Positions 1 through 12,810 of a stretch of DNA of 64,000 nucleotides are shown piece after piece. Within the stretch, counting starts at the first letter, position 1. Each line of letters opens with the position of its first letter. The notes beneath the pieces are model-generated. The model saw only the letters and a program-made list of their open reading frames with translations, was not told the origin of the DNA and searched no databases. The position numbers and the translations under genes are program-made. The stretch covers positions 92,472 through 156,471 of the forward strand of contig MNCI01001743.1 in assembly GCA_015680685.1 (NCBI GenBank), written 5' to 3'. Source of the stretch: Gnetum montanum (Eukaryota > Plantae > Gnetophyta).

Positions 1-369
1 TGTGGCGATTGCAGTAACGATTAGCGTTTGGTAAGCTGCAGTTGCATAGTTCAAGGTGTGTCCGGTAAGTGGGAACGGATGCTGACGCTAGTTAATTTAG
101 ACTTAGATCTTTAGTTAGAGTTAGCTTAGTTTCTCAACCCTTTCCCCTGATAGCATAGAAGATAAGCCAAAAATACCAAAAAAATCACATACCTCAGACT
201 TGCTTAACCATACACCGTGACACTTACAAGCAAGCCTGGGAAGACAACGAACGATTAACCCCAAGTGTTTCTTGTGGCGTTAAGGCATTTAGTCTGCGGA
301 GTTCGACCGGATCGCGCGTGCACGCTCGTATTCGTATGGTTGCGTGTAGGGGTACCTCGCCACTCATCA
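1..369 (+). repeat. 3' end of an LTR (same family as 46053-46919)
   Basis: Shares blocks gggaagacaacgaacg, ggatcgcgc and gtacctcgc..ctca(t/c)ca with 46770-46919; ends CTCATCA, the inverse of the TGATGAG start at 46053. Confidence 0.65.
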
Positions 370-1320
370 GTCTGGCACCACCAGATACTCTACAATGGCC
401 TCCTCAATAAGGTTAATGCACACCCTATGGAAGGTAGTGGAGTCTCCCCTCAACCTTTTGTAAAAGACACCATAGGCAAGATCTAGATCTCCCACAAGCA
501 AGAGCAAAAGGTTCTCCTAACCCACCCTCATGACCATTTCCCACAACACCTAGATGCCTTGGAAGCTCTCGCACACCAGTACATACGTTGATGTCACACC
601 CATAGTAGCAATCTCCTCTTTCCACCACCACAACCCAATGATTACTACATGCGTAGGCAGTTGGGGCAACATTGACCTGAAAATTAGCTTGTTACGAACA
701 TGGTAGAGACACTAAAGAATGGTGGTAGTAGATGCCTCACCATGTATGCGAACCAATGGCAGCTCTCCAAACTTCAGCAGAGAAAGGAAAGAGATGAGCA
801 AAGTGGCAAATTGATTTCATCATGATACCACAAAGAGGATAGGTGTTGTTTAAATTTAGCTCCCGCATCCACAATAAAGATCTCACCAGTAGTGTGCATT
901 GGAAGATGAGCCAAACAAAGCATTTAATTTTCTCCAGCAGATACCCCAACCATGCATCCTGCCAACCAAGAACATTGGGATACTTATGTTTAATGATGTT
1001 GTGCGGCTGCATTCCCAGGATTCCCCATTGCAACACCTTATTCACATGGTTGTGGAGGTTGCACCAAATGTGAGCCTCGAGCATCTACAACCCACCTAGT
1101 ATTTATTCATGAGAATCAGAATCCATTGAGTAGGACACTCCTCCAATTGCATGAATCTATTAATGAGACCTTGGTATCTCATTGTGATAGTGTCATTAAC
1201 CTTCAAGACCCTTAATCACCCTGCTGACTTTGGCCTAGTGACCTTCTCCTAGCATGGAGCAAGTTCACTCCATAAATAAATCACCTTTAAATACTAAATC
1301 CAGATATTATGCAAAGACAG
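370..1320 (-). mobile_element. Decayed L1-like LINE fragment (end of RT, zf-RVT region, start of C-terminal extension)
   Basis: Minus strand reads *EKVTRPKSAG (RT-distal WxKVxxPKxxGG motif), KIKCFVWL and DSTTFHRVCINLIEEAIVEYLVVP, matching the extension of the other LINE copies. Confidence 0.7.
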
Positions 1321-2251
1321 CTTTTTGCTAAAAATAAGAAAACTAGTTATCCTCAATTAATTTATTAGAAGATTACAATAGGGTTCTCAAACCCACAAAC
1401 ATCCAAAACTTGTCACACTCAAATGATATTGCAAAGCATGAGGCTCTACAACAACATAATGGATGTTCTCAATGCAAGACACAACCAATAGAGAATCTCT
1501 CCCACAACCCTAGACTGAGATCTCAACTCACAAGTAAGATACTAGAGACTAGAACACATAGGCCAACTCACCACACAATTGAGCTTGGAGCTGCAATCAC
1601 CAATTGCATTCACTCAATGCACCCATCCACTCTTTCTTGCTCAGACCTCCACACTCAAGAGCTATCTCTCTTACTCATGGTATCAACAATGGTAAATTAC
1701 AACAATATTTATGATAAACCAAAAGACAAGAAACCTAGAAACCTTTCCTTAACTCAACTTGAGTTTCTTTAGATATTTCCCAAGTCTTCTCACCTTCTCC
1801 CCGGCTGTTTCCATCCTTTTCCATCTTGTTTCAATTGTTTCTCAACTTGGGACACATGTTTTTGAAAGTTTCCTTGGCCATATGGGTCATCTTTGACCTT
1901 GCCAAGATGTCTTCTATGTCAACCCAGCTCTTGAGGAAGATGCCTTCTACCACTTCAAGACGTCTCCTTCAAGGGTCAAGACAACTCCTCATATGGCAAG
2001 ACATCTTGCTTGAGACATCTTATGCTCAGGGGAGACATCTTGTCCAAGATGTCTTTTGGCTTAGGAAGACATCTCTCTCGAGACATAAGCAAAAATAGCA
2101 AGATGTCTCCTCTCATCTCAAGACATCTCTTGTCAATATTAGGCTTCAACCAAGACATCCTCTAATCCTCCGAGACATCTTCTTCAAGCTCAAAACCTAC
2201 AAACACAAATGTAGGGAAGGAACAAATGGGATTGAAAGAGATGTTGCTACA
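1321..2251 (-). repeat. 3' LTR of the chromovirus-like element
   Basis: 1322-1840 aligns with 6374-6897; minus-strand start TGTAGC is preceded by PPT-like gaaggatggaagagctgg; the low-coordinate end is approximate. Confidence 0.7.
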
Positions 2252-2280
2252 CCAGCTCTTCCATCCTTCAAAAAGTGAAC

Positions 2281-2990
2281 TTAGGTGAATAAGCAAGTAG
2301 GGGTTGAAGTGATCCCCCACTCTTGAAGTTTGGTCTCATGAACCCATAAAACATCATCAATGGATTGATCCTTCCAATGGATCATATATTCATGCCTCTT
2401 GACTCCGGTGCTAGAAGCTTCCCTTTGCTTGAGTATGATTGTCTTCCTCTCCATTGAAGGCTTGTATTGATCAATAGCCCCCTTCAACTCATTGATGCTA
2501 CCCTATATGGTCTCCTCACCAACTGGTCCATGATAGTGCACAAGATTTGAAACATTAAATATAGAAGACATACCAACATCATTTGGCAATCAATCTCAAA
2601 AGCATTGTCATTAATTTTAGCCTTGATTTTGAAAGGCCCCATCTTCATGGCTTTCAACTTGGAGAAGTTAACACCTCTCAACCACTTCTTCTTCAAGTGC
2701 ATCTAGCCCAAGTCACCAACAGCAAAATTAAGCTTCAGTTTGCCCTCATTCCTTTTGAGGCCTCTCTCTTTAGCCTTCCTCTCAAGATTTGATTTTACAT
2801 GTGCATGGAGATCCCTCATCTCTTACACAAAACCAACACTAAGCTGAGCTTCACCATCAAAGCTCTTCAAAGTGTCTACCATCTTTGGACAAAACCCATA
2901 GTTCATCTTAAATGGGCTTTTGCCAATATCAACATGAAAAGCATTATTGTACCAAAACTCAACATTCTTCTTCTTGGTGTTGAAAAGTCT
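2281..2990 (-). pseudogene. Integrase C-terminus (GPY/F) plus chromodomain
   Basis: KSPFKMNYGF; KLKAMKMGPFKIKAKINDNAFEID; ILKQR...EYMIHWKDQSIDDVLWVHE (chromodomain YxxxWK..W pattern). Confidence 0.8.
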
Positions 2991-4143
2991 CTTACTCATC
3001 CTTCCTCCACCATCAAAATCACAATGTAGATTTCCTTCATGTTGTCCATTCGTTTCACAGCCAAAACAATTAGTTTCATCACTATCAATATCCACATCCA
3101 TATCAATGATGATCTTCTCATTAAGACTACTACTATAGCCATCATCATCAAACAAATTAGCATTACTAGTCTTGATCTTACCAACAATGACATCAAGAGT
3201 TACAGTGCTACCATCATGCACAACATAACTCAAAATTTCATCACAATCACCACAATGATCATGATGTTCATCATCATAATGGAACAACCCACTACCAAGC
3301 TGAAGTGAAAAACTAGAATCCAACTCACCACTTTCCACATAAGAGACATTACTACTACATACAAGGTTAATCTTAGGCTCACTTACCTCTTCATGGGTTC
3401 TCCTATCCATCTTTGGTTCAACTTGATATTTAATATATGGTTGTCCGATCACATCAAAGATTAAAGCTTCAAGATTCCACATAGGAGTCTCCAACACCAA
3501 TGGTTTCTCCTCTTGAAAGGAATCATCAACAACTTCTACATCCCACTTCAGTGCTACCAACTCAAAAGGTAAATTCTTCTCCATGGCTTTAACATTACCA
3601 AAGCAATCATTCTTCCACATACTTGGCTAGAAGACTTAGCATTCTCCCATAAGATAGCCTCAGCTTGGCAAAGGATCTTCTTTCCCTTGCCACAAGGTAT
3701 AGAACAATTGCACAAAGAACAAGTATCATACCCTCTAGTGATGTCCTTGATCCTTCTTGAAGAAGTCCCCTATTCTTTGCCACTCCTTTGGCCTTAATCT
3801 TTCACCTACCATAGCTTATAAGGTAGGACCTCCCCCTAGTTAGCCACATACACCATCTTGGACAATGAAGATCTATTGGTCCCTTTGATGAAGCACTTGG
3901 TTACCTCTTCTAAAACTTTTGAGTATTAAGCACTCCCTTGTTCAATTAGAGATGCTTGAGAACTCCTTTTCTCATTGATCTCTACCTCACTAAACCCTTC
4001 ATCTTCCTCGAACACCTTGAAAATTTTCTCCTTCAAGCCTAGTAAACTTGTAGGAACTTCAACCTACACATCATCATGGTTAGTAGTAACTATTGTCATA
4101 ACAACAAAACCAAAACCGATTTCATCATGTTCCTTAATATATT

Positions 4144-4696
4144 CCCTCTCTCTAGCGGCCTTGCAAGATTTCCAACAGGCCACCGATTTCGTGGGTTCTA
4201 AGCTACACAAGAACACACTAGATATCCTGCATGCCCTCGAATGGCCACACTGCGAGTGTCACACCTTGCCTAGACAGTTGTAACGGCTCCAATGCTGCTC
4301 AGGCCTTGCTTGTGTTTTTGTTTTGTTTCCCTTGGTTGTTGCTGTTGTTTGGTCTAGTTTCTTATTTGGCCAATCTAGCCTTGGTTTGCGCATGGTACAT
4401 GTTTCATTTGTGGGGTGTGGGCCTTTTTCTTGGGTGGGGGGGGGGGGCGCGGGGGGCGGGGGGTGTTGGTTGCGCTAGGGGAGTGCAATGAGGTGTTGCC
4501 CCCTAGCGGGTATGTTTCGTCGGGGTTTTCTAGGTTGGGTTTGGTGCGGTCACATTGGGCTTGTGGGGCTTTTTCTGTGGTGTTGTGGTTGGGTTGTTTG
4601 CCTCTCTTCAAGGGTCGATCCTTCCTGCCATTTCCTTGTGGCAACTATTTGTACAAATTTCATTTCAGTAATTAATTCCCGAACATTCTCTCAAAA
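4144..4696 (+). mobile_element. 5'-truncated LINE (C-terminal half of J-domain, 3' UTR, A-tail) inserted in the gypsy element
   Basis: LQDFQQATDFVGSKLHKNTLDILHALEWPHCECHTLP*; G/T-rich 3' UTR; short A-tract at 4693-4698; candidate 8-bp TSD AATATATT at 4136-4143 and 4697-4704. Confidence 0.8.
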
Positions 4697-4759
4697 AATA
4701 TATTATGTCTCTCTTAGAAGGATTAAGCAAGCATTAAGTGAGCTTTGCTACCTCACTTG

Positions 4760-5997
4760 TTCAGCCATCATGGGAATCAACTCATGAATTCCATCAGGTC
4801 TAGCTACACTCCACACATTTCTTGCTTCATCAAACTAAGCACCATTGTCAAAATTCCAAGGTCTACCAAGAATTACATCAACACAATCTATTGGAAGCAC
4901 ATCACATTTAACTACATCATGAAAACCTTCAATTTTAAATCTCAAAGTACATTGTTTCCTTACCTCTTGAGAAAGATCTCTAGACAACCAATGCACCTTA
5001 TAGGGTCTCAGATGAGGATTAGTTACTAAACCCAATCAAGCAACTACCCTAGTAGAAATAACATTTTCTTGGGCTCCTCCATCAATCAAAACATGAATCC
5101 ATTTCTCACTAAGGAAGCATCTAGCCCTAATTTAAAACAACAATTTTCTATTAAGATGATCTTCTCTATTCACATTCCACATGATTACATAAGAATTTAA
5201 CTCAGAAACATCCTCAATTTTTAGGGCACTAGGATTACCTCTCTCTGAAGACCTTGGCTTGATGTCTCTTCCACCTTCATGGTTTGCACATCTTTGCCCT
5301 TGGCTGCCTTGTGAAGTGAACATTTTCATTGCTTGTGTCCCCATTCTCCACATGTGAAGCACTGAATTTTTGATGAGTTGCTACCTTGACCCTTGCCTTG
5401 GTCCTTGGATTTAACCTTCTCATCACTTCTTTCAGTCTTCTTATCATGGCTGCCATCTTTGTCTTCAAATTTGGACTTAGATCCCTTCTCAAATCTAGAA
5501 CCCTTCTTCTTCTCCTTGGAAGATTGTTTGCTCCTATTTCTAACTCCACCTAACTTCTTCTTAGCTTTGAATGCCAAATCATAAGCCTCATCAAGAGTTT
5601 GTCGCTCATAAAAAGACAACTCTTGCTGGTATGTCATTTTGAGATCTCCTAAAAAGATTGAAGCTTGTTCATACTCTTTCCAGTTTACCTTAGCTTGATG
5701 GAATAGATAACAAAATTTGATGCAGAATTCTTTGACATCCCTATCACCTTGCCTTAGGAATTTCAACTTCATAATGGTTTCTTACCTCTAAGGAAACTAT
5801 TTGAATTTTCTTTTCAACATGTGTTTCATCATAGCCCAATCTGTGGTGGGTTGACCATTTTGTCTTTCATAACCCTAGGACTCCTTTTCCCACGAAGTAC
5901 AAGCCATACCTTCTAATATGGATTCAGCAATAGGTACCTTAAAGTTATTTAGTACCTCTTCTAACTAAAAATGCTTCTCAAATGCCTTCAACCAACT
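4760..5997 (-). pseudogene. gag (CCHC knuckle) and aspartic protease of the chromovirus-like element
   Basis: LRQGDRDVKEF gag motif; CFTCGEWGHKQ*KC knuckle; LIDGGAQEN and CDVLPIDCVDVILGRPW protease motifs. Confidence 0.8.
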
Positions 5998-6366
5998 NAC
6001 GGGTGGAGACAGAGCAAATGAAGAGGAAGGATAATCCAGCTATGGGAGTGTAGGAATCCATCAGCCAAGGATTCCAATGGTAGGGAATCCTATTTCGTAG
6101 ATGAGAGATCCAAGGGCTCCAATGATGTTAAGCACTTTTTCTCCAGGAAAACTTGACGAGGAACATGAGACAAGACTTGCTAGAGCATTCAAAAATGCTA
6201 CCAGGCTTCTGTACATGGAGTTGAAGACTTTTAACAATATAGATAGCACCAATGCTTTTGCAAGTTGGTTGAAGGCATTTGAGAAGCATTTTTAGTTAGA
6301 AGAGGTACTAAATAACTTTAAGGTACCTATTGCTGAATCCATATTAGAAGGTATGGCTTGTACTTN

Positions 6367-6900
6367 AGAAACATTTTTGCTAGAAAACAAGAAAACTAGC
6401 TATCTTTAATTAATTTATTACAATATTACAACAAAGTTCTCAAAACTCACAAACATCCAAAACCTATCACACTCAAATGATATTGCAGAGCATGAGCCTT
6501 TACAACCACACAATGGTTGTTCTCAATGTAAGACATAACTAATAGAGAATCTTTCCCATAATCCGGGATTGAGAACTTGACTCACAAGTAAGATACAAGA
6601 AACTAGAACTCATAAGGCCAACTCACCACACAATAGATCTTGGAGCTGCAATCATCAATTGCACTCATCCAATGCTCTTACCCACTCTCTCTTGCTCAAG
6701 TTTCCACGCTTAAGAGCTCTTTCTCTTACTCATGGTATCAACAATAGTGAATTACAACAATATTTATGATAAATTGAAAGACAAGGAACCTAGAAACCTT
6801 TCCTCAATTCAACTTGAGGTTCTTCAGATGTTTCCCAAGACTTCTTACCTTCTCCCTAGCTGTATTCATCCTTTTCCATCTTGTTTTGGCTATTTCCTAA
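6367..6900 (-). repeat. Partial 5' LTR of the chromovirus-like element
   Basis: Clear similarity to 1322-1840; ORFs 1410 and 6732 share MVSTxVNYNNIYDK. Confidence 0.75.
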
Positions 6901-7069
6901 ATCAGAAATCATGCTTGAGGAGCATCACAATATATTATAGAGTTTCACTCAAACATTATCTAGCATTGTTTAGAACAATCAGAATTTATCTCCTAGCATA
7001 AGCAAATCGAAGGCAGCAAAGCTGAAACTATATTTTTACATGTAGCTAAACTATATGTGATGGAGAAAA

Positions 7070-8437
7070 TTGGTGCATTTTGAAATGGGAGGAAGGAGCA
7101 TAGTGCGGACGGATGGTGGGGGACACGAGGCAAGAAGCAAGGATGGACAGAGGCTGTCGGATGGGGACCAAGACTACAATGAGGCTGGAGGCGCACAGTC
7201 TAGGGCCCTAATGAAAGTGCAGGCTCTACGGGGCCTAAAGGAGCTATCCTTGGTGGGGCCCGAGGGTGCTACTTGGAAGCCTAGAGATGGAGGCATTAAG
7301 TCTATTTATAGGTTAGGTGGAACAATGAGATTAAAGGCGAAGGAATTGCCGCAAGATGGGCTGCACATCATGGAGCTAATCTTGGTTGAGAAGTTTGTTT
7401 CTTCTAGGTCACAGTCGAGGTTGGATCTTATCAAGTGGTGGGTGGTTGCCTCTTGGGCTGTGGGGAAGGTCTAGGTCCGATCACTCATGGGGGATTTGCT
7501 CATCTTCATCTTTCAATCCCCAAAAAATAGGGACCATGTTTTGCTATAGGGCCTCGTGGTTCTTTGGAACCAAGGGTTTGGCCCTTACGCATTGGAGGCC
7601 TAGGGCACATCAAGACAATGGTTTGTTCTTGAGGGCTTCAATTTGGATCAGAGTTTCAGGGTGCCTTCGAAACTCTGGATCAAGGAGTTTCTAAAGGCAC
7701 TGGCGGGCCATTTCAAGAAGTTTATCTGCTTCAATAAATTCATGACACCCAAAGAGAGGATGGGCTACGCATGATTCTGTGTTTGGAGGTCCTTCTCATC
7801 TAGTGACTTAGTGAAAGAGGTCATACTTGACCTCTCCTTTGGGGAGGAGAAACTATCTATTAAATACAAAAATGTGTCCTCTGATGGTTTAGCACCAACC
7901 TAGTAGCCACGAGAGTGTTCAATGTCTTGTCGGACTTGTGGCAAAGGCAACTATGCTACTCAGGATTTTAGGGTGCACTGAAGGACCTCTAGGCTGAATG
8001 GGAAATCTAATGCTAACGATTGGCTGCTAGTGGGGAAAAAGGAGTGGGTGTCCCCACTTCCCTTGCCCCGAAGCTGTGGGGAGGGGAAGGGGACCAAGGA
8101 GGGACTCCACGTGGAGTTGAAGGGATTGGAGTGGTGGTTGGTTCCCCCATGCCTCCTAGTCATTCTTTTCGGGTGGAGCAGGCTGACGGCATGTCATTGG
8201 GTGCTACTTCTCTGGGGGACGGGACTCTTACCACTAGAGGATTGGGTTTCAGTAGTGCATGGGACAACCCGGCCTCCGTTGGATCCAATCGCCAGAAAGA
8301 TTTCAAAAGAAAATGCTCATGGCTTTGTGGTTGTTGAGCAACCTTAGAAGGTAGGGAAACCATTCAAACAAGAGATGCAGCACAAGAAGATGCAACAAAA
8401 TATTGACCTAGGATCTCAAATGACCCTTAACGGGGTA
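7070..8437 (+). mobile_element. LINE ORF1 relic cut by LTR insertion at 8438
   Basis: ASWFFGTKGLALTHWRP, IWIRVSG, CRTCGK knuckle remnant and C-terminal NIDLGSQMTL motif, all shared with the other ORF1 copies. Confidence 0.75.
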
Positions 8438-9992
8438 TGAAACACCACCAAAAATTCATGTTGCAACCTTCATTTCCCAACTTGAGGTAAGGATTCATTG
8501 TAAATGTAACATTTGTAGTCCATGAGCTACAATTTTGCATACTTCAACTTTTGGGGGCTGAAAGATGCTTAAAAAATTGTTATTACCTCACTTCCCAACT
8601 ACAAAAAGGTACCTAATGTCTATATCTAGACTTGGGAAGGCTGAAAATGCCTTGGGAATGGCTAAAATTGGCATTTCCATAGTTTTTTGTAGGGGTATAG
8701 CCCCAACTACGCTGGAACCATTTTTAGCATCTACAGTAGTCACAATAGCCATAGTAGCCAACGTAGTCACTAACAAAACTTAGCAAAAGTGCAATGTTGG
8801 AATTGTTGGAATTTCCATTTTTCCAACAACAACCAATGTAGTCATCTCAAGTCAACAATAGCCAGCGTAGATAGCATTCTCCACTAGGCACGACACTTTT
8901 CAATGGATTCCACCATTTCCACAATTTCCAACCTTTTGCACATTTTCCACCACTTTTGTCATTTTTCAACAACCTTAGCGTAGTCCACCAATGCTAGTGT
9001 AGTAAGGATGGTGTCAGTGTAGTCACAAAAGTCCGTTTACTATTTATAGTAAATAGATGGGTTTTGTAGCTGTAGCCCATTCCAAACTTCCTATAAATGG
9101 CAAGTACGTTGAAAGTAGATGACTGTTGACCAAGGCCAGCATAATAAAAATGGTACTAGCATAGTCACAAAGGTCCATTTACTATTTATACTAAACATAT
9201 GGGTTTTGTGGCCATAGTCCATTCCAAACTCACCACAAATAGTAACTACACTAGGAGAAGATGACTGTTACAACTTGCACATTGACACCAATTTATCAAC
9301 AATCATGGCAGTTGTGCACATGTCCAAAAATAGCAACCCTACCCTATAAAAACCCAACGTCAACACCATTCTAGGTAGTCCCAACTTTTTGGCATTTCCA
9401 AACTTTGGCATTTTACAACCTTCATAGCAACAATTTTTGCACTTCCACAACCATAAAAGCCCATTTGCAACCTTACTTCTGCTTTTTGGTAGCAAAAACT
9501 ACACTACATTGGGCATAAAGGCTCCCACGTAACTATCATTGCACCAAAAAGTGAAAACCCATTTTATAACCATGTTGCACACCTTGGTGGAAACTGATGG
9601 AAAGTTGCTAGAAACTGGAGCTGGGAAAAAACCAGATTGTGGGGTTGTAGTAGAACATGGCTTACCTTCTCCAACAGACTTTAAGCTCCTACAAGCAACT
9701 TCTGGTGCCCTTCGCACAAAAATCTGTACTTCGTGAACCTTATTCTTTATTTTCATTTAAATAAAGTATTGTTCATGTTGTGCAAGTTTTAGCTTACATT
9801 TTCATTTCTGCGTCTGTTTTCATTCCAAATTTGAAACCCTCATTTCTGTTTTCAACTTCATTTCCATTTCCATTTTCAACGCATTTCATTTATGTTTTCG
9901 TTTTCGTTTTCATTTCCAATTTCTTCTACAATTACATTTACATTTTTATAGCTATTTCTATTTACATTTCGTAAGTAACTAGGTGATCGCAC
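8438..9992 (+). repeat. 5' LTR of the Tat/Ogre-like element
   Basis: First ~390 bp match 19825-20230; the 3' end (…gatcgcaca) is estimated. Confidence 0.65.
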
Positions 9993-10559
9993 AACTGTCT
10001 AGGGCACCCTGAATCCCGTTTTTTGGAGGCCCTTGAGATTTGAGGTTAAAACTATTCTGGTGCTTGGATCTTTCTATTTTTTAGGGGCAAAGTTTGAACT
10101 TGAGAACCTTTTAGGGGGGCTCTTCCAACAAGCGATTCCCACGGCCGAAATGCCTACCTCTACCCCCTTCACCTCCTCCACTGGCCACATCCCACAACCT
10201 TCATCGCAGCACACCAAACACACTCAGTGCCATAATCAACCACCCATCCTTTCTCCATACCAATGGGGCCCATAGCAGGACCACAAGCTATCCAAGGGAC
10301 ACATACACCATTTGTCCCCTTTGTGCTACAAGTATCAACACAAACATCATTTTCATTGTTTAGCCCACCCATGACCGTCATGACCCAGCCTCTTCCTTCT
10401 ATACTGCAACCCATCGTGAGGCCACATGCCTCTCAATTAACACCACACCCATTCATGCAAACACCGCAACCCACAAGGATGCCCCAAGGCTTGGATCAAG
10501 CTTTCTAAATGATCTAAGACCTTATCGAAGAGCTGCGAAAACTCAAAGCCAATACAACT

Positions 10560-11600
10560 CAAACAGTCAAGGTTATAGACTTCTATCAAAATGATCCAAT
10601 AAACCCTTCCATGCCTCAAATAGCCTTACCTAATGGCATGTCCATACAAAATTTCACCAAATACAATGGTGAAGGGAATCCCAATGCATGCTTGGTCACC
10701 TTTCGATCTGGGTGCCTCTTTTTGCAAGCTTGGCCACATACGATATTGAGGGTTTTTCCCATGTCCCTCAAGGGTAAAGCTCTAGATTGGTATCGAACCT
10801 TGCCTAGGGATTCCATCTCTTCCCTTGAAAACTTAATAGACCAATTTGTCAACCGCTTCAAATACAACTTGAAGTCAGATGCCACATTGGATCAATTGAT
10901 GAAGGTGAAGCAAGGCCACTTGAACCAATCAAAAGGTTCATTCAAAGATGGAACTCAAAATTTAATGAGATTCCAGAACCTATTGCTGAAACTCACCTCT
11001 TAGCCATCTACAAGGGAGCAATAAATGACTTTATCAAGTCAAAGTTGTACTACCTAGAGCCCTAGTCACTAAGCCAAGCATTCTTGAAAACTAAGAACAT
11101 TGAGGAGGCAATTGAGGCTAGCAATGAACATGCAACTGTGGTTGTACTAGCAAAAGAAACAAAACAAGGGGAAAGGTGGGGATCACCACCTCGCAACACA
11201 TCCCCCAACTCATCGCAACCATCCACTTCCTATGGCCCAAATCAATCAAGACCAAACTTTGGGTGTAAGGATAGGTCTCAATACACTAGGTTGCCTATGA
11301 AGCCCTCCAAGCTTCTAGAATAGTTGCTTTACAATGATCGTATACAACATAAGACACTATCTGGAGAGGCTCGTAAGAGGTATGATCGTCTTTGTGACAT
11401 AGCTAGACACTCAACGATAGCTACCAAAGATTATCCTAAGCTACCAAGGTACTTTAGACTGGATAGGTATTGCCATTATCATCAAATGGCTGGTCATGAC
11501 ACCGATTTTTGCCTAGCATTAAAGGATGACCTCCAGAAGATGATAAACCATAGAGAGTTGGTAGTGAATGAGCTCAACTCTCCAAGTGCTAAAAATAACT
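10560..11600 (+). pseudogene. gag (retrotrans_gag core and Tat/Ogre-type zinc knuckle)
   Basis: KYNGEGNP...FPMSLKGKALDWYRTLPRDSISSLENLIDQFVNRF; YCHYHQMAGHDTDFCLALKDDL; frameshifts and stops. Confidence 0.85.
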
Positions 11601-12449
11601 TCTATACCATAGCCTCATTCACAAAAACCAAACAGGCTAATCCTCTTAGGGAACTCGTTGTCATTAGAGTACCACCACAATCCCAAAATACAAAGCCTAG
11701 AGAGCCATTTGTCATACAGGTACCACCTCCTCCAGCCCCTAAGAAGCCTTTCATCATACATGTGCCCCCTTCAATGGCTTCAACATCACAATGTAATCAT
11801 CAAGTTTCTAGTCCTCCAAAACATAGGGAATCATTCTTTATCCAGGTCCCTCCACCTTCAACAAGTAAGCCTACAACAACCCATGACCAGAGCCCACCTA
11901 TAGTGGACCACAACCTAGAGGTTAGCAAGAAACCATCATCCCAACAATGATGAAAACAACTTGTATCCACACCAACAACAAAGCCCACTAAAGGTGGCTG
12001 ACAACAAAAGGCTTCGAAACAAGTTGCATCAAGGCCAACTACCCCCATGGACAAGGGGCCCAAAGCACATGCACCAAAACCTAAGCTACAAACTCTATGA
12101 AGGATGGAGAAGGTTGAGACCACTAAGGCCAAAAGGTCACAAGCCAATGGAGAGAGGTTCCTCGCAACAATGGAGCAAGCCAAATAGTCATTAAAGCAAA
12201 AGAACACATCACCAAACTTGTACAACTTAGTCATGACCTCTCCTACACATATAGACGCCCTAACTAAAGTGTTGACCTCAATCCCTGTGAGCAAGGACAT
12301 GCTTGCCAACAGAGAATCGATTCACTTTATCATTGAGCAAGCTTCACTTAGGGAGAACAAGCATCAGCCAATGCATAACTTTCGAGATAGTGAGGTGAAG
12401 ATTAAGTCTAGAAACGAAGAAGTGATATCTGCCCCTCTCCTTATCACTA

Positions 12450-12810
12450 TACATTTGGCAAATACAAGGTCCATCGTGTTCATGTAGATGATGGGGCAGC
12501 AACTAATGTGGTACCATTTTCCGTTGTTGACAAACTAGGCCTAACCGAGAATATCCAAGAGACCACTACCTCAGCACTCAAGTCATTTAGTGGCTCACAA
12601 ATAGTGGTGCAAGGTTCTATCTCCTTGGATTTTGTAGCTGGAGAGCAATTTCCCACATCTGCCAACTTCCTAGTGGTTGAAGAGACACCTGGTTTCAACT
12701 TGATCCTAGGAAGGTCATGGTTAGCAAAGCTTTGGGCAATTTCATCCCCTATACATCAAGAAATTCAGTTGCCCTATCAGTGAGGGGAGATTGTCATTTG
12801 TGGGGACAAT
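12450..12810 (+). pseudogene. Aspartic protease
   Basis: VHVDDGAATNVVP ... FNLILGRSWL ... AISSPIHQ. Confidence 0.8.

Larger units (their letters stand above)
1321..6900 (-). mobile_element. Non-autonomous/decayed Ty3/gypsy chromovirus-like LTR retrotransposon
   Basis: Related LTR copies at ~1321-2251 and ~6367-6900; purine tract next to the minus-strand TGTAGC start at 2251; gag, protease, integrase C-terminus and chromodomain relics; no RT/RNase H motifs found. Confidence 0.85.

Noticed and set aside
370-390. Primer-binding site (TGGCACC) after the LTR end at 369
   Set aside because: The sequence is better explained as minus-strand LINE coding sequence into which the LTR inserted.
2823-3620. 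265-aa ORF as an independent gene
   Set aside because: It lies within the gypsy internal region and runs into integrase motifs; the rest is low-complexity acidic sequence with no recognisable domain.
5896-6366. Perfect ~100-bp inverted repeat (5896-5997 vs 6263-6365)
   Set aside because: The inverted segment is bounded by single Ns at 5998 and 6366 and the overlap is exact; most likely a mis-oriented contig, not a biological hairpin.
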